This document shows, one piece after another, positions 29,908-41,833 of a stretch of DNA of 64,000 nt (position 1 is its first letter; each line of letters starts with the position of its first letter). The translations under genes were made by a program, and so were the position numbers. This DNA is from Amoebidium appalachense (Eukaryota > Protista > Ichthyosporea): contig CAVNZM010000013.1 in assembly GCA_963693365.1 (NCBI GenBank), forward strand, positions 8,122,940 to 8,186,939, read 5' to 3'. A model generated the notes under the pieces. The model saw nothing but the letters and a program-made list of their open reading frames with translations. It was not told the origin of the DNA and made no database searches.

Positions 29908-30571
29908 TGTAAACAACTGTACACATGAACTGTACATGTTTACTAAAGAATGTGATCTACTAGCACACGATTCGTGCTTTGTCATGAATATCACATAAAT
30001 ATTATGTCCGCACCAATAGGACTCACTCTGACCTAAGAATTGAACCATATATGGTTCTTCAGCTGCATACCACATAAACGAAGTGAACCAATAAGAGGTT
30101 TGCATAAATAGGACAAAGGTCTGACTGGCTCGGACCGCACCAGAATCACGAATGGCATGTTGCCACCCGCGCTGGCCGCGGATGAACCAATCCTGGGCCT
30201 TGATCCGAAACCTGGGGGCTATATAAGAAAGCCGTCCCAGTACGGGGATCACATCAGTGAAGTCTGAGACAGACTGAGTCGGCCCATAGTAAAAGCAACC
30301 TGGCCGCGTGTGCCTTTCTACCCGTTCTCTGTCTTTATTTTGATTCAGTTGTACTCTGCCTTATCCTAACTAGTCCAACTGTTTACATTGGCGACCGCGG
30401 CAGGACACTGTTATACATTGCCAACTGTTTACATTGGCGACCGCGGCAGGACACTGTTATACATTGCCAACTGTTTACATTGGCGACCGCGGCAGGACAC
30501 TGTTATACATTGCCAACTGTTTACATTGGCGACCGCGGCAGGACACTGTTATACATTGCCAACTGTTTACA
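29908..30571 (+). mobile_element. Family X single LTR plus 4 tandem PBS/LTR-end units (copy C)
   Basis: LTR at 29908-30387 followed by a 46-bp x4 array. TSD ATGTG at 29903-29907 and 30572-30576 encloses both. Confidence 0.93.
30388..30571 (+). repeat. Perfect 46-bp tandem repeat x4: T + 18-nt tRNA-Arg complement + ACTGTTATACATTG + last 13 nt of the LTR
   Basis: Unit TTGGCGACCGCGGCAGGACACTGTTATACATTGCCAACTGTTTACA starts at 30388, 30434, 30480 and 30526. Confidence 0.95.
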
Positions 30572-31227
30572 ATGTGGCCTTTACAGTATCTCGGGGCATC
30601 GGAATCCTTATTTCACGATTCCTTTATGTCATCAAACGGATCTGTTGCCGACCATACAAAGATACCTTTTGGATCACTCTACATGATCTTTATTTCATGC
30701 ACACCGATTCACGACATACACATGTCACCTTTATGTTTACTTTGTGACAACTTGTGCAGCATAATAAGTCGACAAAACGATCACTACAAGCAATTTAATA
30801 TGATCATTATACTGTATTCTAATCGTCCAAAAATCTATATTAAAGCATCATTTTGTGCCCCGGTTGATGCCCAGATGATGTCAGTTCCCCCCAGTTTCCC
30901 CCCCCCCCCCTCCCCTTCCCTTTCCTCCCCGTGGCTGCACAGTGAAGTGTCGTTGACCGTGCTGAACAATCTTTAATTTCTTATGACACGTCCCACTGGG
31001 AGGTGTCTCCACTCTTTACATCTACGGGATGTCCCACTGGGACACCCCTCTACTGTCTCAACTATTCAAAACATTAAAATTCAAGAAAAGAAACACTATA
31101 AATTTATGAGAAAAAAACAAACTAAACAAAGTAAACAAACTTGCAAAATAAAATCCAAAATAATCCCCTACAAAAAAGGGGCAGTACATTTCTTGGGGGG
31201 AAGGGGGAGGGGGGGGGGGAGGGGGGG

Positions 31228-33436
31228 CTAAGGGGTGAATTTGGGCTTTTTGTGGGGGCTGGCATGACCCTGTTGGCGCCTTCTCTTCTTGGCCGACCTG
31301 GTAAGGGGGGTCTCTGCCTCAGCCTCGTTGAACTCAGCCGGAGAGTCCTCACCTTGAAACTCAGCCGCCTCCTCCTCCACCCCCTCCACCTGCTGCACGG
31401 CCTCGCTGTCACCCTCCGTGCCGCCCACAGCGACATCCTCGCCCTCCTTGCCGACCTTGGCCGCGTCCGTCTCGTTTTCACGTTGGTCCACCTTGGGGTC
31501 TGGGGCCTCCTTGTGCAGAGACGCGGCCTCCTTAGCGGCCTGCTCCTCCCGCTCCCGCTCCGCCAGTGCCTCTGCCTCCCTCTCCGCATCGGCCTCCTCC
31601 TGCTGCCTGCGCAACTCCTCCCCGGCCTCCCGCTCGGCTGTCACCATCTGGTCCTTCACGTAGTTGTCGTAGTTTGAGATGTACTGCAGGTAATGGCGGG
31701 CACAGAGTCAGATGCTTTACAGAAGTCAGTCTAGAAAACTTTTTCCAACGATGTGATTGTGTTGTTTGTGTTTTTTTTTTATGGGGGGGGGGGGGGGGGT
31801 TTGCAGATGTGAACAAAGAAGTCTTTTATAAAACAGAACAGACTAAATGCTAACTAGCTCGAGTGTCGGCACGCTATAGTGTAGTCAGCCATAATCACAC
31901 CATAAGGGGGGGGGGGGGGGGGTAGGAATTATAATGAACTTAGCGTAAGTCTCGTGAGCCATGATGAAACACCCCACAGCTCAAGTGTCAGCATCCTATT
32001 GCCTAGCCAAAAGGGGAGGGGGGGGGGGGGGGGGGACCCACCAACTTGATGTTGCCTTCGGCCGCAGCACCGTCATAGTTGGGGTCGTCACATTCGAATT
32101 TCACGGGGGTCCACTTGTTGATGAGCTTGTGTTGGTTGGGGTCTCGCAGCGACACCTGGAAGCAGTTGACGACCAGCCGGAAGAATGCCCTGTGGTCTCT
32201 GGCGATATCCTGCCCAGTGCTTCTTTAGTGATCTGTTTTCAAAAGAGGTAAAGTTCGGAAGGAATACACATAAGGAAGAGAACAGAAGAGACAGATAATG
32301 TTGTCGTCATATGGTCTTACTGACATCCAATGGATGTCATTAGGATCATATGACGACAACATTATGGCCCTTCATGATGTAAGAATGTGACCGTAATTCT
32401 CTATGATGATGCTTAAAACTGTCTTTATTCTTGAAATATTCCAAGCATTTGCAGACCTAGGAATATGCATCAATTTTTTTTCGATTCGATTCGTGGAATG
32501 TTCATGGTGGAGGGGAGCGCGGGGGGGGGGGGGGGGGGGGGGGGGGGGAAAGAAAGCGTTATGCAAGTAAATATATACGATGAAAGCAAGTTATTTGGGA
32601 AGTTAAACCGGTGATCAGAGGAGAACGTGGAAGGGTGAAAGGGAGTGTGTGTGTGTGTATGTGTGTGTACACACGTGTGTTGGTTGAAGAGCGAGTATGT
32701 GTGAGTGGGTGGTGGGCAGGAGGGAAGGGGGGGGGGGGGGGGGGGGGTCCTTTGATGTAGTCTAGACTCAGAATGTGTTGAAAGTGATTTGTTGGGGACA
32801 TTACATACCAAGGCAGTCTTGTTGCCAAGGACAAGCCGCACAGCCTTCAATGAGATGCTGCTGAACAGGCGGGAAAACGGCTGGTACCCGAACGGGTTGC
32901 CCGTTTCAGGGTCGACAGAGTACACGCGGCCGCACGGCTGGCCATTCAGCTTGACCTCATCCAGGAGGGCCAGCCACAGCGCTGGTCGCTCATCGGCAGT
33001 TGGGGCGTAGGCGACCAGCTGTGAATGTGTGTTTGAATGCAGCAAAAGAAAGGAAACAGAAGCGAGTGGTGGTGAAGCAGGTGGCGGTGGCGTTGTGGGG
33101 GGGGGGGGGGAGGAGGGGGGGGGGGGGGGGGGGTTAGTCCATGATTGTGTATTACAGAAGACTGTCAATAAAATATTATATAAATACAATGAAAAGAAAG
33201 TATTATTACTACATTACTACTTGAAACAGCTACAGATCTCCATCCCTGTACAAATGACGTTAATGGCATACAAGTAGATTAGAACAAAACAGCTACATAT
33301 CTCCATCCCTGTACAAATGACGTTAATGGCATACAAGTAGATTAGAACAAAGTAACCTGTGTGCTAGGATGCGTGTGAGAAGAGTTAAGCCCATTGTCAT
33401 AGAAGGAGTCCGTTGAGTACGGAGGCGGGGGACGCG

Positions 33437-33469
<33 letters not shown>

Positions 33470-34970
33470 AATACATCGAGATTGGTCCCAGGTACAACGT
33501 ACCCAGTCCTCAGGAAGTTGCGGACGTGCTGGTGGACATTGGACTTGATGGAGGTGATGCCCGTGCGGATTTTGGAGATATACTTCTGTGCGGGATCGCT
33601 ACGCACACAGTTGCGGATGATGTGGACCCACTTGGCCACGGCCTCCTGATTCAGCTTCGCGCTTGACGTCTCGACTTTCTGAAGAACCTCGACGAACTTT
33701 CCAGCCAGGTCCCCATCGTGGGCGTTGTTGATCTGGGGTGACTCCAGCACAAGGTGCTGGTAGATGTTGTGGGTCTTGGAGGACTTTTCCACATAGTCAT
33801 TCTGACGGTGATGGAAAATGTTAGAAAACAAGAATGACGATGTGAATAAATCTTGATGGAGCTATAAATCCTCCATGCTGGAAACGTGCTGTAGCAGTTG
33901 CTTTGAAATGACCAAGTTTGAATAGTTCCTTCGGTTTATCCACTTAGACAGAATAAGGGTGTGGATGTAGTAGGGATGGGTTTAGTGCGGGTAGGGGGGG
34001 GATGAATGCATTAGGAGGTGGCAGCATGAGGTGGTGGGATGGCAACAATTCCTCCACAAGGATGAGCTTTGATCACAGAGATTGGTGGGGGGAGGGTTGT
34101 TTGAAACATAACTACTACAATAGGTAAGAGAAACAAAATCAAAACGAAACCAAGGGAGGGATAGGTTGCCTACCAGGAACTGGGTGGTCTCCTGAAAGGA
34201 TAATGTCTCGGGGCGTTTCTTGGAGGGGGAGGGGGTTGGGCGACGGGAAGGGGTGGTAGGGGTGCGGCCCAGCCCAGGCCCAGATGGAGACGGAGGCGGC
34301 TCTGGATCATCAAGCACTGGCAGTCTCGCCTCCTTGCCCAGGAGGGCGCGCAACTGCTCCCTCATGGCGGCGCGACTGTAGGAGCGGATGAGCTTTCGCA
34401 TCCTCTGGGAGGTGTAGGTTGGGTGCTTGCCCGACAACACCAGTGTGTAAAAAAGGACCTCGAGCTGATCCTCGCGGTTGTAGGGGCATTCATCCTCGTC
34501 GTTGAAGTTGTTCTCGTCATCTTCCTGGACTTCTGTGACTGAAGAATAGTAGGACTAATGTTAGTACAATTGTTGGAATCGTAGAAAACTAACAGAAGTG
34601 CGGAAACAGGGCAACCCTGGCAACAGATAGTATTTTCCGGCATGATCCAGATAACTATTGGAGGTCATCATATGACCCAAAACACCACCGAATCCCCCCC
34701 TTTCCCAACCATTTCTACACCAAAAATGATCTATCGTATGGATATCCCCATCAACATATCGTGGGTGAAGGCAGAGGTTTCGAAAACACAAAAGAACTAG
34801 TTGACGTGGACAGGCGAGTGGGGGGAGCGAGTAAACCACACTAGCAGCAGGTGTGTTTAGAAAGAGTGGAGTGGATGAAGGGAGAGTATATAAACGGAGG
34901 GGGAGGGGGGGGGGGGGGGGGGAGGGTTGAATGCAGTCAACAGAACAAAAGTACAAATACAACGGGGAGT

Positions 34971-35029
<59 letters not shown>

Positions 35030-36407
35030 TTGACCAATAGCAACGGGTATGTTTTCCTGTGTAACTGACTGGAATCCCGCTATCATGTTCTCGACACTAG
35101 GCAAGAAGTGTTCCCGACACTCGCACGTGGGATACAGCGCAAGCTGGTCGATCCAGAGAAAAGTTGCGGTGTTCACTGCTAGCGCAATGTTCGGGCCAAC
35201 CTGAAAGCCATAGTGAAGCGCTCCAGGTGTGGTTTGTACCAAGTCGCCGGCGCGCTGTACGACTATGACAGGTGCCAACCCTATGGATGCAAGGTAACGC
35301 GGAGACCGAGGGATAAAATTTTTGTGCTGAATTGGGTTTCTGCACGAGCCTGGCAATTCGTTGCGGGCCAGCTGTAAGAGCCGTTTGTACTGGGAGGGAG
35401 GGTGGATAAACCACACCTTAAGGCCCCACAAAAGAAGGCTTGCTGAGGCCAGCGCGGCATCTTCAATGTGTGCACCAAACACTGTTAAACCCAAGACAGA
35501 CAACTGCGCGTACAACATGGCAACATTGATTCCTGGCATGGTTTCCCCGAAATGATTTCTTCCCAACGGCGTGAAGTCACTGATTGCAGTTACATTGAAA
35601 ACGCGTTCGTCGAATATTTGATCACCATCCACCTCGACATCGGATGCATAGACACCACCAACACCTTCGAGGTTTTCCTCAAACAACTGCGCTATCTGCT
35701 CACTGCTCATTTCACCCAAACCACTAACATCTTGAGGCAACGTTTGACACTTGGAAAGGTCCACGCTGACAGGCTCCCGGCTTATCTCGCACCATGACTC
35801 GGACACGCGAGTTACTGTTTGCCTACACGCTTGCTCTTTTATCTCTTTGGTCGAAAACTGTTCCATCGCATCACGAAAAGGAACAGGAGGTGCAAACCCC
35901 TCTAATAAACAACAGCCCTCCCGTTTCTCTTCAGCACTGTGCAGGGCACGAAGTGCCTTTAAAGCCTTTTCCCTATCCATGAAAGACGAAGCGCAATGTT
36001 GTTTTTATGTTTGAAGATTTTAAAAGTTTTTGATGTTACAGTGAGAAAGCCTAGGTGAAACTGACAACGAGCACACGCGTAACGACTATTTATGCAGCAG
36101 GGGGTGTAAAACACAAAAACAACCCACCTTTCCTCTTCGGCTGCAGCATGGCGAGGGCGGCCGGGGCCGTAACTGAGGTGATGCCTTTGAGGAGAATGCC
36201 GACTGACTGCCCAGTAGGGCTTTCAGCCTTGCTGGGATTCTCCCTGCCCCTACCCCCGGCCTTGCTATCCTTGCCGCCCTTGCCGCCCTTGCCGCCCTTG
36301 CTGGCGGCCACGGGCTCGCTGCAGTCCGAGTCGTCGAACGGCGTCTCAACCTTTTTGCGCTTGGGAAGCTTGGTCGTTGTGGCGCCCATTTTCGCGGTCT
36401 TTGGCAT
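31228..36407 (-). CDS. Multi-exon transposon cargo gene of unknown function (basic N-terminus, acidic coiled-coil and NLS-like C-terminus); exon model approximate
   Basis: GC3-rich coding blocks at about 36407-36129, 34540-34173, 33803-33410, 33019-32810, 32233-32042 and 31685-31228, mostly with AG/GT ends and separated by poly-C introns. The protein ends RSAKKRRRQQGHASPHKKPKFTP. Small frame disruptions are possible. Confidence 0.55.
32295..32365. repeat. 71-bp near-perfect palindrome (hairpin) in an intron
   Basis: 35-bp arms at 32295-32329 and 32331-32365 with a 1-nt spacer and 3 non-Watson-Crick positions. Confidence 0.9.
34937..35980 (-). CDS. JmjC-domain histone lysine demethylase, KDM4/JMJD2-like catalytic core
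   Basis: VYASDV, PGINVAMLY, FGAHIED (HxE), GLKVWF, CRNPIQHK, VVQRAGDLVQTTPGALHYGFQVGPNIALAVNTA and TCEC align by eye with KDM4 motifs, including the Fe triad, the 2-OG Lys/Tyr and the C-H-C-C Zn site. Confidence 0.9.
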
Positions 36408-37829
36408 GGTGGAGACGTGGAAGGCGTAAGCGCGAGACAGAGCGATGACGATATGTGGTCATATGGACCACAAAGATGTGTTATGTGGGGTTTCTGTTGC
36501 AGTTCTGGTTGGGAAATGGATTGCAATCCTATGCCCATGAAAAAAGTTTAATTGGTTGATCATCGCATAAGCTGAAGCCAATCAAACGCGTAACCCAATC
36601 ACAGACGGCGAAAACATATGATATGTTTTCCCCCCACACCTCCTGCAATTTGCTGAGGTTGGACCCTGGTCATCAAGACTTCTTGGCCATAAAATGACAA
36701 TACAATTACAGCAAAACATTCTGCAGAAACCCGATATTCTCACATTTTAAGTGTTTATAAAAAGCCTTAGTTTCAAGTAGAGGCATTTTTTTTCTTGCTT
36801 TGTGTCGACAACATCTTTTATCCGCTTGAAATTTGTCAGCACCCATAATTCTACTATTACAGTACGTTGTATGTGGGGATCACCATCCGTCTTTCCTGTT
36901 TTAACTCGCGCTGAGGCAGAAGTTATAAGAAGCAGACGTGGAAAACTCAGCATAAGAGATCAATGAAATGAACATAAATATTAAATTACCAGACAATTTA
37001 CAGTGCAAATTTTCTAGTAATTTCTAACGTCCATTACGAAAGAAAATAACCAACTTTTGACTTGCACCTGTTTTCCCTGCCGCGCTCAGGTATGTGGGTC
37101 TATCGGATGGGAAGGTGTGGACCTGACATTGAGCTTATCGAGTGGCCGCAGGGAGAATGAGCAATTAATATGATACTATTGGAATATTAATAGTTGAACT
37201 CTTCTGCATTTTTTATTGTTTTTTTGTATTTTTTACACTGTCCACATTTATTGACACTTATATAAGGACCGAACGATTAGGTAGGCTATGCCAGTGGATT
37301 CCCATGTTTACGAAGTGCGCGCGCTGCCTAGAGTGGCCACATGTATGCATGACAGATCACCAATGATATTTGCAACGCACGCAAACCAAACAACATACAG
37401 GTCGTTGAAATCTCCACGGTTGTTCTAATAACACATTCAGCTTGTATATTTACTTTTAAGTTTGTTATTTTTTATGTCAATGAAATATGGGCATGCGCAC
37501 CTAGTAGCATCAGTGTTGGACGAAGCAACGCAGCATGATAGAGTTTATGCCATAGCAGACCAATCGCCGCATTGGAACTATCCGAGTACGTGATAAATGT
37601 CCAATCACCACGATTAGGATTATTGGACATCTTCATGTTGTAGGAAACACCACCTGGGGGTCAACGCGGACTCCACGACATCAGGCAAGGGACATCATGA
37701 TCAACACAACCCATCCACATCCCAGCTGGACGCACACGAGAGATCTATCTGTACTATAAAATATATATGTATATACACTGTTTTGATAAACTTTGTGTAT
37801 GCACGTGATGTGCGGTAAAGCGCGTCAAA

Positions 37830-40119
37830 ATGCCGGGTCCTATACCATGCCCATTATGCCAAGATACGTTTCGAAACCGTGCCGGTATGGTTAGCCACCT
37901 TGTTCATAGGCATAGGTATACACAAGCAGAAATCGATCGTGCGAACGAAGAGAGCGAGGACAGGCTGACACGTGGCCTGCGTGCGGCACGGTCCGAGAAC
38001 CTGGCGCCTGAGTCAGAGAACGATCCTATGGACACTAGTGGAGAAGAAAACGAGGAGGATGCCTGGGAGCCAGACGAACCAGAGGGGGCGGCACATGGGG
38101 AGCTCGAGGACTCGGAAATGGAAGATCCCCACGCGCACCACAATCATATCCCATTCCCAGGCTGCACACACCACCTCACTTTCCTTAGGGACGGGGAGGA
38201 GTATCATGCCCTAAAGGAAAAACTGTTGAAGAGACAGCAGATGCAGCTTGTGGTGGAGGCCGGTAGCGATTCCAATTTAGGGAAATTACGGGGGGTTCCT
38301 GAGGGGCAGAAGGCATACATTCAAAAAGTCAGTGCACTCACGGAGGAGCTACGGAAAGACCCATACTACCCGTTCGCGAGCAAACCCGAGGTAAGCTGAA
38401 CAAGGCGCCCCCCCCCCCCCCCCCCCCTTCCAACCCCCCCCCCCCCCCCCCCCCCCCGGATCCGAGCCCCCCCCCCCCCCCTCACACACACACACACACA
38501 CACACACCTCCATCCCCCCCCCCCCCCCCCCCTGCCCTCCCTACCGTGACTGTACCATGAAAACCCGCATATGAAACCCGCAAGGTATTATGCGTGTGAA
38601 CCACACTGAAAGCTAGAGCGATGCACCGTGACATGCACATTTTGACATCCATGTGCTCTCCCCTTGTTTACACTGTCTGTACATGTGCAGGCTGATTTGG
38701 CCGAGTTCTTCCACGAGAACAAGACCTCGAATGCAGCCGCTGACCGCCTCCTGGGGATCATGGGAGAGCACGCCAGTGACATCCCCAACCCTCTTCCCAA
38801 GAAGGTCAAGCACATTCATGACAAGATAGACAATCTACTCCCGGCCTGGTAAGCTGTTTTACATCTGCATGCCAACCGCGTGGGTAGATCGGGTAGATCT
38901 TGATCCGCTCAGGCTATACTATAAAAGTAATGTTTAAGCTCTAGCCATTCGTCGATCTACTAGATCAGATCCATTTAGGTATGTCATTGGCGGATCTATA
39001 CAATTATCTAACCTCCACATTCCAATTAGATCCACGCAGGAACTTCAACGCCTAAAACTTTGTGCCTGCGTACGATCTTCCCGGTTTCTGCACATGCCTA
39101 ATTTAAAAATCGAACCTAACACAATATGCACACAGGAATTCTCGCGCTTGAGCGTGGATCTTGACATGCAAAACCCCTCGACGTCATGTATAGGGACATT
39201 GGAGACTGCATCCAACGCGTGCTCCTTCATCCCTCTCTAGGCCGCGAGGGCGGCATCACCTACAAAACGGAATTCCCAGTGGACGGGCTTGGGCGCCGGG
39301 TGTACAAGGACAACATGGATGGAGACTGGGCATTGAGGGAAGAATTGCAAATACCGGTCGGGGGCACTCTTATGTCTCTGATCATATACTCAGATCAGAC
39401 ACAACTGACGCAGTTTGCCGGCAAAAAGGCGTATCCGGTGTACGTGTCGTTGGGGAACATCAACAAGGACGTGAGGTCTGGCGATTGGTGCAGGTATGTT
39501 AAGCAACTCAGATCCCCAACGTTGTACTGGCGTGTTACTATGCATGCACCGTGCATGTACTATAAATGAAGCAATAACATCCCCATGTATACCTCCGGGA
39601 TGGAGATACTCATGATCACGCGTGCGCATGCATAGCGCGCAGCTGTGACCGGGGGGAGAGGGGAAGGGGGGGGGGGGGAGGGGGGGGGAGGGGGGAGGGG
39701 GGGGGGGGGGAGGGGGGGGGGGGGGGGGCTCACAAAAATGTATGAAGTATGTCGAGCATATGTATGTACGGTATGTACTAATACTAACCTGGTGATTGCA
39801 TGCATATGCATGCTAATGCAGGCTACCGGTTGCATACATCACAGAGCTGGAGTTCAAGGACAAGGCTTCAGAGGGCATCAAAACCAAGGCCCGGCTGAAG
39901 CTGTTCCACCACGTTCTGGACATGGTCGTCGGGGGAGCCCCTGCGGGAGATGAATGAGCGGGGTCGGTGGATGTTCTGTGGAAGTGACCACAGATGGCGG
40001 CTTTTCTACCCACGAGTGTCGTACTACATCACTGATTGGCCGGAGGGGCGCAAAGTGACCTATACCAGGTGCTCTTCCCACTCACACACACACACGCGCG
40101 CGCGCGCGCGCGTACACGT

Positions 40120-40177
<58 letters not shown>

Positions 40178-41223
40178 CACGTGTGCTTTTACCTCACATA
40201 TTTAGTGAATAAAATGATATGTTTCTGATGCTTTTATGTGCTCCATATCTACCCCACGAAGGCACATAATGTTGTCAGAAATCCAGTACTTTTACCAAAA
40301 CCATAGACTTCTTTCGTTGTAACTAATACCAAGTAACCTTTTCAGGAGTGGTACCACTACTTCGAGCCCTTGCCATCAGTGTTGGGAGAGTGACGAAACC
40401 CTGTATAGGGTTTGGGAGCCGGCCGACCTGAAAACAGAAGAGTCGGTGGCGCTGATTTACGAGAAAGTCGCTGAGCTGCGCGCAACCGGGCAATCGGCAG
40501 TAGCGACCGCTCTACTGAAGCGGGCCTCGCTTCAGGATTTCACGGACAATGCATGCCGTGGTTTCCCTGGCTTCAAATGGCTGTGGGGTGTCCCTGTCGA
40601 ACGCATGCACCAAGCCGACAGTGGTGTATACAAGCAGATGCTCGTCGAATACAAACTATACGTGAAGTACGTGTGCGAACAGCGACATGGTGGGGCCTGT
40701 CAGGCCGCCGACGCGGAGGCCAAGGATCTTATCCGGGAGTTTGATCGCCAATTCAACGACATCCCACGTTTTCACGGACTCAGACACTTCACCGGATCGG
40801 TGTCTGACTTGACCTTCCTCCGTGCCAACGAGTACAGAGACATCATGAAGGTACAGAGACTAAGCCCCCCCCCCCCCCCCCCCCCCATGTTTCATATCCC
40901 CCCCCCCCTCCCCCCCCCCCCCCCCCCCCCCCCCCCCAAAACCCTAACCCCCTTGAAGCCAAGCAAGGGTTATAAAGCAGAACCCTAATCACATTCCACC
41001 TTAACGCAGGTCATGCCTTTCGTGGTCCGTGACCTACTTCCAGACGCTTCGGCAAACATCAAAGCCGAGAAGGTTTTCGTTGGTTGGAATGAATGGTACA
41101 TGGCCGTCACCAAGAAGGAATATACGGATGATGCACTCGAGAAGATAACCGAGTTGTACAAGAGGTATGGTTATGAGTTCGTTAATACATTTTATTTTGT
41201 AATTTTCTTTTTTCCCTTTTTTT

Positions 41224-41270
<47 letters not shown>

Positions 41271-41737
41271 AAGGTTATCAGTAACACGAGCATTACAGGT
41301 TTGCACAGGATACATACAACTGCTTTTATATTTTCGGGATACCGTTACTTATTGTCCCCTTTTCTTTTTTGTTGGGGTGGTGGGGGGGGGAAGGGGGGGA
41401 GGGGGGAGGAGGATGGTTATCTAACACGCGTGTTTAAGGTTTGCCCAGGATGCATACGACTGCTTCAAGGACTCCTCCAAGAATGGCCTACGCACTTCCA
41501 AGTTTCATTTCGGTGGCCATTACGCAGACAACTACCGTCTCTTCGGCCCTGTTGAGACAGCTGAGAGCTGGGAGCGCGCACACAAGTACTACTGCAAAAT
41601 ACCGTATCGCTCGACAAACAAGAACTCCACATTCACGCTGCAGGTCAGTGGATATATAGGTGTCCGTGCCCGTGTCTTGTGTGTGTGCATATGTGACGGT
41701 GTGTACAGTCTGTTGTGTGTGTATGTGTGTGTATGTT

Positions 41738-41833
<96 letters not shown>

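Noticed and set aside
30388-30571. CRISPR-like array
   Set aside because: Units are identical with no unique spacers and there are no cas genes. The array is explained by LTR-end plus tRNA complement.
33228-33350. Tandem duplication of about 62 bp in a cargo-gene intron
   Set aside because: Ordinary local duplication with no sign of function.
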